Below, one piece after another: positions 37,019 to 49,189 of a stretch of 64,000 bases of DNA; position 1 is the first letter of the stretch, and each line of letters opens with the position of its first letter. Under the pieces are notes generated by a model that had not been told where the DNA came from, did no database searches, and worked only from the letters and a program-made list of their open reading frames with translations. The stretch lies in assembly GCA_013239625.1 (NCBI GenBank), contig MU053487.1, positions 2,191,058-2,255,057 on the forward strand. Direction: 5' to 3'. This stretch comes from Lama guanicoe (Eukaryota). The position numbers and the translations under genes are program-made.

Positions 37019-37264
37019 ACAAACAACAGTTTTTTAAACTGATTATTAGAAAAGGGTTTAATTTTTGTGGAAGAGAATTCAAATGACTTGTATTTTCATT
37101 CTTGTAAAAGCAGCAGTCCAGTAGTGTCTAATTACTGGCTAGATAATCATGTATATGTTAATTAGATATACACATTAAACAAATACAATGAACACCTTAA
37201 CTCAGGTTATCAGAGTACCTCCCAACAGTGAGGGAAAAATATGATGTACTCTGTTGAACCTGGT

Positions 37265-37382
37265 GGAAGACATGGCTAGTTGCCTCCTAAATACCTGTTC
37301 TCTCTTTCTGACCTAGTAACAGACCCCAGTTTCTAGCTGAGCACACTGCAACCTGGAATAAATAGATTTTCTAGCCTTCCTT
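37265..37382 (+). mobile_element. MLT1-type MaLR LTR 5' fragment
   Basis: ctagtaacagaccccagttt...gattttctagccttcctt. Confidence 0.5.
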
Positions 37383-38155
37383 TGTTACCGAACCAAACTG
37401 GCGTCCGCTAGACCCCACCATGCAGTAAAGTCAATCTACTGACACTGGCTTGCGGTGAAGGGAAGTCATGTGTATTGCAGAACACCAAGCAAGGAGAATG
37501 GGCAGCTTGTGATCAAAAGACCTCAACTCCCTGAGGATTTTCAGGGAAGAGTTTTTAAAGGCAACTGTTAGGGTGAGAGTTGTAGCTCATGGACTCTTTT
37601 CTGATTGGTTGGTGGTGAGGAAACAAGGGTGATGTTTCAGGAATCTTAATCGTCAACTCTCTGGTTCCAACCAGTCTGGGGTCTATGTGCTTGTGGTCAG
37701 CATGAAGTGACCATCCTCCATCTGGATAAGGGACTTAGTGTCTGCAAAATTACTCAAAGATATGCATCAGATTGTTGTCTATATCCCTTGAGGAGGAACT
37801 AGGGCTGTTTGATCACCCAACCATTGTTTAAGCTATCATTACTTTTCTTGCTTGACTGCTTTTCCTTTGTTTCTGCATTCCCTCATATCCCTAATTAATA
37901 ATTGCTTGAGTCTCCTCTTTGGAACTCAGGGAAAGCCTAGGGGACTAAAGCCTTTTTTCTACAAACTATAGACAGGGAATACAGAGGGGCTTTTGTATCC
38001 GGAAAATCACTACAGGGTCCTGCTCAGTTTTAAGCCCTCCTTTTCTCTGATTGTCCTCAATCCTGAGGGGAACAGGGGTGGGACAAGAAAGGGAATAAAG
38101 CTTTGGACAGAGAGGTTAATCCTAAAGTCGGCAGGGGAACTCCATTTCAGGGGGG
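37383..38155 (-). mobile_element. ERV1-like 3' LTR (37383-38032) with polypurine tract and short internal remnant
   Basis: Termini tgttaccgaacc...gggtcctgctcagtttta. The minus strand reads agagaaaaggaggg (38035-38048) immediately before the LTR start. Confidence 0.72.
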
Positions 38156-39567
38156 CTCGTTTTCACTGTTTGCCTCTCAACCCTTATCTCCTGCCATCCC
38201 TGCTGTGGAACACTGGACTTCAGCTCATGCAAATTCCTTGCTTTGTCTTGGCCACCATCTCTTTCCATTCATTGCTCCATCTGCCCTGTGCAGCCCTGAC
38301 TCAAGCATCACCTCCTCACAGTAAGTAAACTGCCAACTCAGGATTCAAGTCCTAACTGTTCTGCCCTCCCCACCAGCAGGAAGGTAGGAAGGAAAGGGGT
38401 TTGAAATCTCAGCATCACTCTCAATCCGATCTCCTTCCAGTACTAACAGCTGACCCAGCCAGTGGCATTTGCCCTTCAGCCAGTGATTACTGTCTACCTT
38501 GAGGTCAGTCAAAATGCCTCAGTCTGCTTCAGCCAACTCATCACGTTAGACCCAAGTCCACTCTAGTAGACTCTGTATATCAGAAAGGAAGAAGTCAAAA
38601 CTAGTGCCTAAGACAAAATGCAGGATTTCCTGTGGAGGACATTGATGCATATAATCTCTCTTCTCACTCTGGTTCAGATAACTGTGTGTCAGCTGTGTGT
38701 AGACATGATTTCAGGAATATATCTAAAACATGATACCACTTTTCCTAGATGCAAGCTCCTGCTTTTAAACGAGCCAGTTTATTTCCAATGTCTGCTAAAG
38801 TTGCCATCTGGGCCCTCCTGATGCCCAAGAATATGGCATTCAGAGCTGTAAAAGCAAGACGCAGATAATTATTTCTGTATTACAGCAATAAAAACAAATG
38901 CACTGGCAAAACTACTAATCGATCTTCCAGTGTGGAATGGTAATAAAAGGAAAGTCAAAAATATTCTCCAGCCCTTACAGTAGAGTAGCAGAATCAGGGC
39001 AAGATTTCAAGGATCATAGGACACTCCACTACTCTTAGAAATTGATCAGCATTTCTCAAAACACTGGCTATAATTAGGTATAAAAGCTAGAAAACTGAAC
39101 TGGGCTTAAGTCTGAAAAAGCTAGACTACAGTACAAAAATATGTGTGATCTCTATTGAATTACCAAACTTGCCCTTCAAAAAAAGAAAAGAGAGTAAGTA
39201 AATGGTATCCAGTCCCAGGCTTCCAGAATAAGACATGTAGGCACCCAAAGTTAGAGACATACATAATGTGCACAGACATATTTGCAAGTTATAATATATG
39301 GTTCATGCCTATGTGGGACACACTGAAACTGAGAATGTTATAAAAACGATTGCTAAGTTAGGGGCTCAAATTCGCTTACATAAAATTTTGAAATAAATTT
39401 ACCAGTGATTCAGTTGGCCTCGAATAAAGTCTTCCTGTTCATCTTAATGTCACATAAAGGATAGAAGGTCACCTTGGATATGGATATTGTCCTCGAAGAT
39501 AAACAGAGAGAAAAGTGGATAGATGTTTTCTGATTCTCATATTTAGCTGAAAGCTGCTGCTCTTGGG

Positions 39568-39773
39568 CAGAGGTCTGCAAACTATATGAACATCACAGCC
39601 AAATCTGGCTCATTGCCAATCTGCGTAAGTAAAGTTCCACTGGAATACAGCCATGCCTATTCATATACATATTGTCTGTGCTGCCTCTCAATGGCTGTGA
39701 CAGAGACCATGTGGCCCACAAACCCAAAAATATTTATGGTTTGACCCTTGGCAGAAAAAATTTGCAGACCCTG
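39568..39773 (+). mobile_element. MER58A-like hAT-Charlie MITE
   Basis: TIRs cagaggtctgcaaa / tttgcagaccctg; internal cagagaccatgtggcccacaaacccaaaaatattta. Confidence 0.8.
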
Positions 39774-41135
39774 TAGTGTCAGTACATTTCTGCGTTCTGT
39801 CTTTGGGTGCGAAGGAAAAGAGCAAGCCACCAAAAGTTTTACTTCTTTTCATGTTGAATAATGATGAAAATTTTTCTGGAAAAAAATTAAAGTTTCTTAT
39901 TCTTTGGCTCAAGACAGTCATTCTGATTTAATCTCACCCTTTCAGTGTCCAACCCATTCGTAGATGTAGCTCCCTCTCTGAACACTCTCAAACTCTCTAT
40001 CGAGTGGAGAAGCCCCAGACGAGAGGAAGGATGAACATTTCTGAGCTATTTATCATGACCTTCCACAAAGGGAGTTGGCTCTTAAAACTCAACTCTGTAA
40101 GATAGGGTCACTCTTGCCATTCTTCTGAGGCTATCTCCTAGTTTTAAACACTTGAGAAAGCTGAGAATCAGAGAGCTTGAGAAGCTCATCCCAGCTTACA
40201 CAACACCCAGGAAGCTGCAGAAGCAGAACTGGAATCCAGGTGTGTGATGCTCCACCCACCACGCCTTGCTGCCCGATCAGCGCATCCATCCACTGAATAA
40301 TCGCTGAGCACACTGGGAGTATCTGCTATGTTCAGTAACTACGCCAGACACTGAGGACACAAAGACCATAAACAACGACAAGGGATGGACACTAAGGTAA
40401 GATATATTTCAAGTAAGATTGATGTGACCCCCCCACCTCAGAATCCCCTCAATCTATAATTTAATCTAAAATGAAGAGTAACTATATCCTTATGAAAGAC
40501 AGTTCCATGATTATGTTTTCCTAAAAGATGTAGTATTGAAGAATTCGATTGTGACCCTGAAATATAAGCAAAGTATCTAGGCTGCTGACATCATATCAAA
40601 GAAGTTGCCTGGCTCCTGAATTAAAGCAATTTCTCAAACAAATTCAGTTTTTTAAATATCTAAAATACCTATGAATTTCCATTAACCTCCATAGCAGATG
40701 TAATCCTGTTGGAATGGAACCCACCAGACTGTGATGGCTCACAATGTCACAGCCTCTAACTTGGGTGTCATTTTTTCAATATGGTCTTGGGCAATTTTTT
40801 GTGTGTCTAATGCATAAAGAATTGGAAGTTCATCCTGCAGTTTTGATAGAGCATCTTAAATTTCTAACAGCAGCTCTGCTTACTTAAGGGATGATAATAT
40901 TCTTTCTTTCCACTGAATCTTCATAGCTGAACGAAGTCTTTCATAGAGGCCAAAAAGTGGTAAAGAAAATAATATTATGAACATTGCAACTCCGAATAAT
41001 GTTTTAAATGTAAACAGTGAAGATTCCAGTAGAAGCATCAAATGTAAATCTGTCTGTGCTGGGACAGTGAATGATGCTAGGACTGATATGTGATTTCACA
41101 GTCAGAAAGGTTTTGTTTGTTTGAAAAAAGCAAGT

Positions 41136-41209
41136 TGGGGGTGCATATAGCACAATGGTATAGCACAAGCTTAGCATGTGCAATTCCCAGTACCTCCATT
41201 TAAAAAATT
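41136..41209 (+). mobile_element. tRNA-Ala-derived SINE with internal deletion
   Basis: tatagcacaatggtatagc...gcttagcatg...cccagtacctcca. 12-bp TSD aaaaaagcaagt at 41124-41135 and 41210-41221. Confidence 0.8.
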
Positions 41210-41662
41210 AAAAAAGCAAGTAGGACAATCAAAGCAATGACGATGTGAAATCTGACCATCACTGAATCAGTAATCTACTGAACCCCAACGCTTAAGAGCT
41301 GTCAAACAGGTGGTAAGAAGTCATCTACACATTCATTATTCTCAAACTAATTACAGTGACAGGACCACAGTTACAGGCAAACCAAATTCTCCCCACTGCC
41401 CCCAGAATAAGTCACATGATCCAGCATCAAACTGACAAGTTACTAATACATGGCTGAAAAAAAGACTATGACTCTGGTGCATCAGTCCAATTTGCACTCC
41501 TTCCAGCAAAAACAGGGGTAAGCATCTGGGAAAACCAGCCACAACAGCCAGGACAAAGTTATGCCCCAGAGGGAAAGGGTTATTGGCAAAAGTCCTTACC
41601 AAATGACAATATAGGAAATCACGTAAAATCAGTAGGATATACAAGAGGAAAGAGTAACCTGT

Positions 41663-41665
<3 letters not shown>

Positions 41666-41701
<36 letters not shown>
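41666..41701. repeat. (GT)n microsatellite
   Basis: About 18 uninterrupted units. Confidence 0.95.
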
Positions 41702-41704
<3 letters not shown>

Positions 41705-42487
41705 GTAGAGGTTACTTCAGCCTAGATTGGGACACAACATTGCAAAATATAATCTAACCCTTGATACAGGCATAGCATGTACATGAGAGAGTAGCGCTCA
41801 ATGACATTCAGGGACCAGGAGGAGAGATTTGGGGGCACCTCTGTTGTAAACCAGAAAACAAGTTGTTGGGTTGGGGCTGACAGAGCATCAGCCACTCGTG
41901 ACACAAAAGAGATTATTTCTGCACAGTTCAAAGCCTGTTCCTGAAGGCTAATCTACACATAGCTCTGCTGGCAGAGGACAGGCAGTGGCCAACAGCATGC
42001 CCTCTGGTCGTGGGGCCATGTCAGGGAGGTCCAGTGAAAAATCACAAACATGATCAAATCAAAGTGACTTACCCCTCTCAGCGCGCTGCGGGAAGAAACA
42101 GGCAATAAGAGACTTCTGTTTCACATGATCTGTATGAATCCCACTCAAGTATGACTGCAGTTCAGAAGAAATGTGCTTACATTAAATTACAGAGATAAGG
42201 ATGAGATTATAAAAATGGTTTTTTCATGTCACTGATAATGTAATAAAAGACCTCTTTTATGATTCCCAGTGGCAAGTGTCAATGACACGTTCAGTATCTT
42301 AGAGATGGTTGAGCTTATAACTGCAAAGCTAATATATCACAGTTGTAAATATCAAAAATAAATAAATAGCCTAACAGAATTTCACAGGGAGATTGAGCTG
42401 GGGTATAAATGACTCTGTCACTGAGAAGGACTTTTTCCCAACACTTTCTTCACTCTTCAGAGAAAGAAATCCATATCATATTACTGA

Positions 42488-42658
42488 TATTGAATATCTT
42501 GTAGTAACCTATAATGGAAAAGAATCTGAAAAAGAATGTGTGTGTGTGTGTGTGTGTGTGTAACTGAATCACTCTGCTGTATACTTGAAACTAACACAAC
42601 CTTGTAAATCAATTATACTTCAATATAAACAAACAGACAAATAAATAAATAAATAAAA
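42488..42658 (+). mobile_element. L1 3'UTR fragment containing (GT)n at 42538-42561
   Basis: atatcttgtagtaacctataatggaaaagaatctg...taactgaatcactctgctgtatac...tatacttcaat. Confidence 0.85.
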
Positions 42659-44039
42659 TTATTGAGCATGTTTAAAAGCCACATTCAAACACTGCATCAG
42701 ACCATGAAGAAATTCTTTCCTGGACCAAGTCAACCGAGTGCAGAACAGGAATGCAGGTAGTGCTCCCTTCTAGGCTCAAATATTTACCCTCCAGGGCTCT
42801 AACTGTCAACCTAGAGAACTCGCCCTGTGGCCTTCAGTATGAAATTGCCCAATATCCAGAGCAACTAATAGAGCTATCAAACACCTGCTGGTATTCTGAG
42901 TGCCTACAATTATGATTTAATAGAAGTGGAGAGAGGAAAGAAAACAGCTAGAGAGTTAGCCTGGCCTGCTATTCAAGCTGGCAGATCTAGGCATACTGGT
43001 GAAAAACAAACCAACCAACCAACTTCTCCTAGATGATCTGAAACTATTGCTATTAGTCTTGACTTTTCAATGTTATGCTTTGTAATATTTGAAAATTGTG
43101 ATGGTTTTTGAACCTAAAGTTCGTAAATGGTGCGATCCAAACCCCCATGAGTGGTCTAAATTTAAAAACAATAAATTCCTAAATGAGCATGTTAAAAACA
43201 ATAAACAACGGCAGCATAGCTATTTTTGCAGTATGAAAGCAGGGCATCCGTGGCTGTGTCTGGATATCCACTGTCTTGCATGTAGTCCCTGCCTTTGTTT
43301 TTCACACTTGAATAGAACCTTCCCAGTTTGAAATTTCAAGAATTTTGCAAGTGTTCCATGAATCTTCAGACCATCCCACTTACACAGGGAGTGGGTGGAG
43401 ACCATGAGACTCAGGGAAATGAAACAGGCTCATCTGTGTCAGAGAATAAGTATGAAAAAAAATGCCCTAACTTTGTTCTGGTTCATGGTTAAGAATGTCA
43501 TTTCTTGCAGTATTTTAGAAGAAGAAAATTGGACCAAAAAAACCCCTCAAATTATCCCTACATTTCAGAGAAGGTATAAAATGTAGACTTTTTAAAAGCT
43601 ATTTTCAGGAAAGCATTGAAAAAGCACAATTATCTAACAAAGCAAAACTGATAATTATATAATTCCACAGAACTTGGCAGCATGGTAACTTTTGTTTAAA
43701 GGCATGGGTGGCATTCATTGTATTCCCTCATGTTTACAGAGCTTGGTGCCTCAGACCTCTAGACAGCTCTAGTGCAGAAGAACATCAATCAAATGTCTTG
43801 CAGGAACAGACACTATTTATCTTCGTTTTTAGGAAAACAGAAGTTGAAGAAGGCAAATGGAAGTTACTGGTAATGAAAAAGTCAAGATATGGTTTAAAGA
43901 ATGCTTCCTCTGAAAAATGAAAGCAAATTACACATAATGAGTGACAGAAGATTTGCTTCCAAGAAAGGTGGCACCTCCTACACCTTGAACTTTAAAAAGG
44001 AATCACCTTGGTTCTTAGCTAGAACCTCAGTTATAGAGC

Positions 44040-44250
44040 ATCTCTTATGCACTAAGTGCTAGGTTTCTAGCTTTATACGAATGATCTTATTTACCCCTCA
44101 CAACCTATGTGTGGAAATTGCTATGCTGGTTTCAGCAATGAATTAGATGAAGTGACTCTCCAGGACCACAAAGATCATAATCAACAAAGACAGGATTTGA
44201 ACCCAGGTCTGTCTGACACCAAAGCCTATGCTCATTTACTATACCACACT
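44040..44250 (-). mobile_element. MIR SINE
   Basis: ttacccctcacaacc...gtgactctccaggaccaca...caggatttgaacccaggtctgtctgacaccaaagcc. Confidence 0.7.
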
Positions 44251-44264
44251 GCTGCAAGCTGGGA

Positions 44265-44510
44265 AGTCAGTTAGTTTTTGCTGTCTAACAAACAACCCCA
44301 AAACGTAGTCACTTAAAATCACTTATTTAGGTCATGATTTTATGAGTGAATGATTTAGGCTGGGCTCAGATGGGCATTTCCTTTTTTCTTGGCTCTCTGG
44401 TGCACCTCCAGTTAGCTGATAGGTTGGCTGCGGGCTACCTGGTCTAGGGTAGCGTGGCTGGCACGACTTAACTGACTTTACTCTGTTCTGTGAAGTCCAT
44501 ACCAGCCAAG
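44265..44510 (-). mobile_element. MLT1-type MaLR LTR fragment
   Basis: gctgtctaacaaacaaccccaaaacgtagtcacttaaaa...gatttaggctgggctcag. Confidence 0.65.
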
Positions 44511-45031
44511 GTAACTCTGCTCCAATCATCACCATCATGGAACACATGACATAACATCACTTTGTAAGCACCTGAGTGGATGGAGCACGTTTTCCTCTAA
44601 CTACCTCTTTGAGCAGCAAATCTGTGTCTCCGTGCTCCTCTCCATTTTGATATCTAAAGATATCTTTATTGGTTTTTGTGACCACACATAGACTCCAAAC
44701 TATTTTTAAAATTCCAAGTCTTACAGAGTACTCAAGGTCACCACCACCAATTCAGAATTTTTTTTTAAGCAAAAGTGGATTGAACCATAGAGCTTCCTCT
44801 TTAGCTGGAATTTTCAGTGAGCAATTAATCTTTGCCACAGTTCCATGCCAACACGCTTACATCTTTCTAAAACCTGGACCTGAACCACATTCACAGTGTT
44901 CAGCCATGCCCTAGCTGAATACTTGAGTTGTCTCTAATTTTGTGCTCTCCCAGAGACTCCTGAAGTGAACGTTTATCTGGGCACTTGTCAGAATGTTTCT
45001 CTAATATAAATCCCTAAAAGTAGGGATGCTG

Positions 45032-45440
45032 ATGATATACATACAATGGAGTATTATTCAGCCTGAAAAGGGAAGGAAATTCTGCAACATGCTACAACAC
45101 GGATGAACTTTGAGGATATTATGCTAAGTGAGATAAGCCAGTCTTGAAAAAGCAAATACTGTATGATTCCACTTCCCTAGACTAGTCAAAATCATAGACA
45201 GAGTAGAATGGGCATTGCCAGGGGCTGGGCGGAGGGGAACTGAGGAGTTGTGCAATGGGTACAGAGTTTCAGTTTTGTAAGATAAAAAACAGTTCTGGAG
45301 ATGGAGAGTGGTGATGGTTGCACAACAGTGTGAATGGACGTAACACGACTGAGCTGTACCCTTAAAAATGATTAAGATGGTGAGTAGCATGTTATGTGTA
45401 TTTTACCACAATTAAAAATTCTAACAATTAAAAAAAACAC
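45032..45440 (+). mobile_element. L1MB-like 3' end inserted into an older minus-strand L1 (~44920-45600)
   Basis: acaatggagtattattcagcc...gggtacagagtttcagtttt...gtgatggttgcacaac...ttttaccacaatt. Flanking imperfect repeat aaaagtagggatgctg / aaaatataggaatgctg. Confidence 0.8.
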
Positions 45441-46899
45441 AAAATATAGGAATGCTGGGTCCAAAGGTGAGTCCATTTTTAACTTTAATAGATGCTGTCA
45501 GCATGCCCTCCAGGAAGATCGTCCTGCTTTTGTTCCCACTGGCGTATGTACGAGTGCCCTGCCCCCACAGCCTCACCAATGCAGGCATTGCCAATCTTTT
45601 CTCCATCATGATTTGGGTTTGGCAAATGGAATGGCTAAAAAATGGAAAAAAGACAGACATTGACCTTCAACTTGAAGCGTAATAAAAAGATGTCCATCAG
45701 CTCGACCTCTTCAGACATCCAAGTGTGGCCACAAAGGAAATTTGGGTTGCAGAATTCTGCAGGGTAGGTGTAGCTCTCTGTGGATCCTTCCAGAAACTTG
45801 GGAGTTTTTTCTCATTCACTTCCCCCATCCCACTCCCTAACCTTAAAACAATGATTCCAAATATCACAGAATGGCCTACATATTTCCCTGAAACAGCTGT
45901 CCTGCAGAATCATGAAAACTTGGATTAAAAATAGTCTCAGTCTCTAAAAGAAGGCTGTCCCGCCGGGAACAAAGCCCTCTTAGAAATGTCCCCACCTCCG
46001 TCCAGGCCTCACAAAGCTGACCCAGCTCTGTCCCCAGAGCTCGTCATCCTTCATGACCACCCCTCCCTGCCCTGGAAATAGATCCCTGGAATCTTTTCAC
46101 ATTCCTGGTCCCTCTACGGAAGTGCGGCAGGGGAGGAGGGAGGATAATGCAATGACAACCAAGCTCCAAGCTTGTGTCATTATTTCCATTTTATAAATGC
46201 CCAAGTGGGCTCAGAGATTTTAAATAATATGCCTGAATTCCTATAGCCAGTATCAGAAGTCAGATTTCAACCTTATGGCTCGGCTCGACAGTTCTCCTTT
46301 CCCCAGTGCAGCCCATCCCCCACAAAGGTCCTATCAGATACTCGGGTCACATCACCACTGAGGAGGGTAAGACGGCATCTTACAGCAGAGAACCTAGGGT
46401 TCTGAATAGGGTTAGAATTGTGCAGAACCAGGAGGCGGGTTTCTCAACAACCCACCTAAAGGATGCCTGGTACCTTGCTGATGGCTTCCCCTCCCCCTCA
46501 GCAAGTGTGGAGACACACTTTCCTGGGTGGTGGGTGGGAACGAGGCAGACCAGGTGTCTCCGCCGGGGGAAGGCGTGCGCGTCTGTCAGGTTGAACAGGG
46601 AGGCTTCTCGTGAACGCTTACCCTCTGTGCTGTTATGGGGGCTGCTGGGTGGGGAGATGGCTCCTAGACCGCCTCCCCCCGCCCCCCGCCTTGCACTCGA
46701 CAGGCGGAGTCTCCGAAGTATGTTTAGAATGACAGGATCAGGTAAAGACAGTCTGAGGGCTGAGGAAAGGTACTTACGGCAGAGGGAGAGCAGTTACCTC
46801 CTGCGTTGATTTACCCCTCCTTGGGCTCAGGACCTGAAGGACAACCTCGGGGACACAGATTTCCGACAATGACACGGTCTTGATCCAGGAACACTTTGA

Positions 46900-47490
46900 A
46901 GCTACCTCAGACGTAGGTCAGCCGGCGGCGCGCGGCCAGGGAGAGCTGTCGAGGGTGGGGAGTGCGAGCACGTGCACGGCTGCGTGCGTGCGCATGCGCA
47001 CAGGTGAAAGCGCGAGAGGGGTTAGGCTTCGAGGTGATCATAATGTTGTCGTGGCTGGAAAACCCGCAAATGCCAGATTCCCGTCCTTCTAAGACCCTGA
47101 ATGCGAAAGACGCATGAGGAGAGACGACCAGGACGAGTGGTACCGTGCTATGTCCCTGCCCAGGTACCCTGCCCAGACAGCCCTGGGCCTCTTCCCTGCT
47201 GATGTGCTGAGGTCGCCAAGGGCGGCTGTCTGGGGAGCAGAGGGTACAGATATGTCATGACCCTGGCTGTGTGGCTTCAATGTCCACACGTGCCAGAGAG
47301 GCCCGTCGTGGTCCAGGATGAAGCAAAGGGCAGGAAGAGACGGCATGGGGAGAGTGGCCTCTCTTATATTTTCACCCCAGGCCCCACAATGTTAAGGCCA
47401 AGAGTGCTGGCTGCCAGTGTCCCCAGGGCACCAAAACCCAGGAGCTAAGTGATCAGAGTAACTCTGCCTGCAGGTTGCCCTGGCAACCAA
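46900..47490. promoter_or_regulatory. Small orphan CpG-rich element with NRF1, E-box and RFX X-box motifs
   Basis: TGCGCATGCGCA at 46989-47000, CACGTG at 46969-46974, GTTGCCCTGGCAAC at 47474-47487, and local CpG enrichment. Confidence 0.5.
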
Positions 47491-47949
47491 GTCTCAGCTG
47501 CTGGGGAAGCCTGCACAGATAGCTAGATGTCAGGGCCTGGAGGGACGTGGCTAAGGTGACAAATGCTTGGTTCTAGGGGTGGGTGCTAGGACCCCTCAGG
47601 GTACTAGGTACCAGTATTAGGGTTCTAGGATCTCTAACAGGCCAGGGGAAAAGATGGATGAACCCTTTCCCTCCAACGGCAAACTATGTAACAACAGGGG
47701 CTCCCAACAGAAAATGCCGCTTGCTGACCTCAGGCAGACAGCTCACTTTACGCACATATAAATTAGCGATTAGGACTCTGTTTGGGAGAGTTGTTTTAAG
47801 ACTTAGCACAGATGCAACATGCCTAATAGTACCCGACACATAGTAGGCCCTTTTCAGTTGCTTATTGCTGCATAACAAACCACACCAAACTTAGTAGCTT
47901 AAAACAATAATGCTTTATTACTTCTCCACCAAGTGGTTTATGGTATTTT

Positions 47950-48290
47950 CCACAGAGACTCTGGGGCTTTGATACAGAACTAGCCTCAATAAAGACCCTG
48001 AGTGCCAAGTCTCCAATAAGCTACTTACTGGCCACATTTCAAACGTTGTCACAGCTAGTTGCTGGGGGGAGAGAGGGGTGGAATGAAGCATGTTGTGTGA
48101 CTCCACTGGGAAAGGAACCCTCAGGAGCCTGTAGCTGGTGCCCCCAGACTTCCCTTTGCCTTTTTCCTTTGCCAGTGGTGCTTGGTATTAATGCTTTTGC
48201 TATAATAAATCAGAGCAGTGAGCACAAGTGTACGCTGAGCTCTCCTAGTGATCTACCAAATCTGGGAGTCGTTGTGAGCACCCGAAACCC
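47950..48290 (+). mobile_element. MER21-like ERVL LTR fragment
   Basis: caataaagaccctg...tgtgtgactccactgggaaagga...ttttgctataataaa...gtgag...ctagtgatctaccaaatctggg. Confidence 0.65.
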
Positions 48291-49189
48291 TCCCTCACCC
48301 TGGACTTCTGGGCAAGACCTGGGACACCAAAGCCCCGGGTGCAGGACTGGGCCTCAGGACTCAGGCCATCAATGGGAATGACAGCTCCTGCTGCTAAATG
48401 CTGGTCTCCTCCCCATAAGCTCCATGCTTATGCTGTAAGGACCCTGGCGGGGTGGTTGTCTCCAGGTCATTCTGTTAGTGAGCACTGGTGGAGGAGGTAC
48501 TGGGACCGTCCAGCTCAATCTGAGCCTCCTGGACCTCGAAGCACAAGATTGGACTCTTGCTTTTCAAGACTCAGCTGTCCTGCTCGCCCAGCACAGGCAA
48601 ACACTGGGATCACAGACCCAAGACCTGAGGGGGTTCCAACCCGTGGCAACAGCCTACAGAAGCACTCTGCGTCAGGGCAGGCTGGGATCTCAGACCACTC
48701 CCAGGAGAAAGCGAGGCCCAGCTGGGTTATGCATATGCTGCAACCACCCATGCTTCACACACCTCTATCTCCATCTCTCTCCCACACCAGACCCTGATTT
48801 CCCCAGGGGTGGTGCCGCATGGTGTCCTCAGGGAGTGTTGAACGGGTCTAACTTGTCCCAGTTATAACAGCTCCCTGGGGCAGGACTAGGATTCGATTCC
48901 AGGTCTCCCGCCTCCCAGGGAAATGTTCTTGTTAGAGGCACTGACAAAGCCCCTTCCAGTCCACACCCTGCCTGCACGAGAACATCCAATGGCAAAGAGC
49001 TTACACGAGCAGGCCCTCAAGAGACACTGCAAACGGCTACAGGTCTCTGGGTCCCGGGGTTTCTCAGTTTCAGAAAGCACAGCAAACTTCTGGCCTGGTC
49101 AGTATCTACCAGCTGACCAGAAAGAACCATCTCCAAGATTCACTCGTTTGCTCTCTGAGTCGAGATTGGAATAAACAAATGGACAGCCA

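Noticed and set aside
46306..46809. 167-aa ORF near the orphan CpG element
   Set aside because: Non-ATG start and no recognisable motifs; the length is explained by high GC content.
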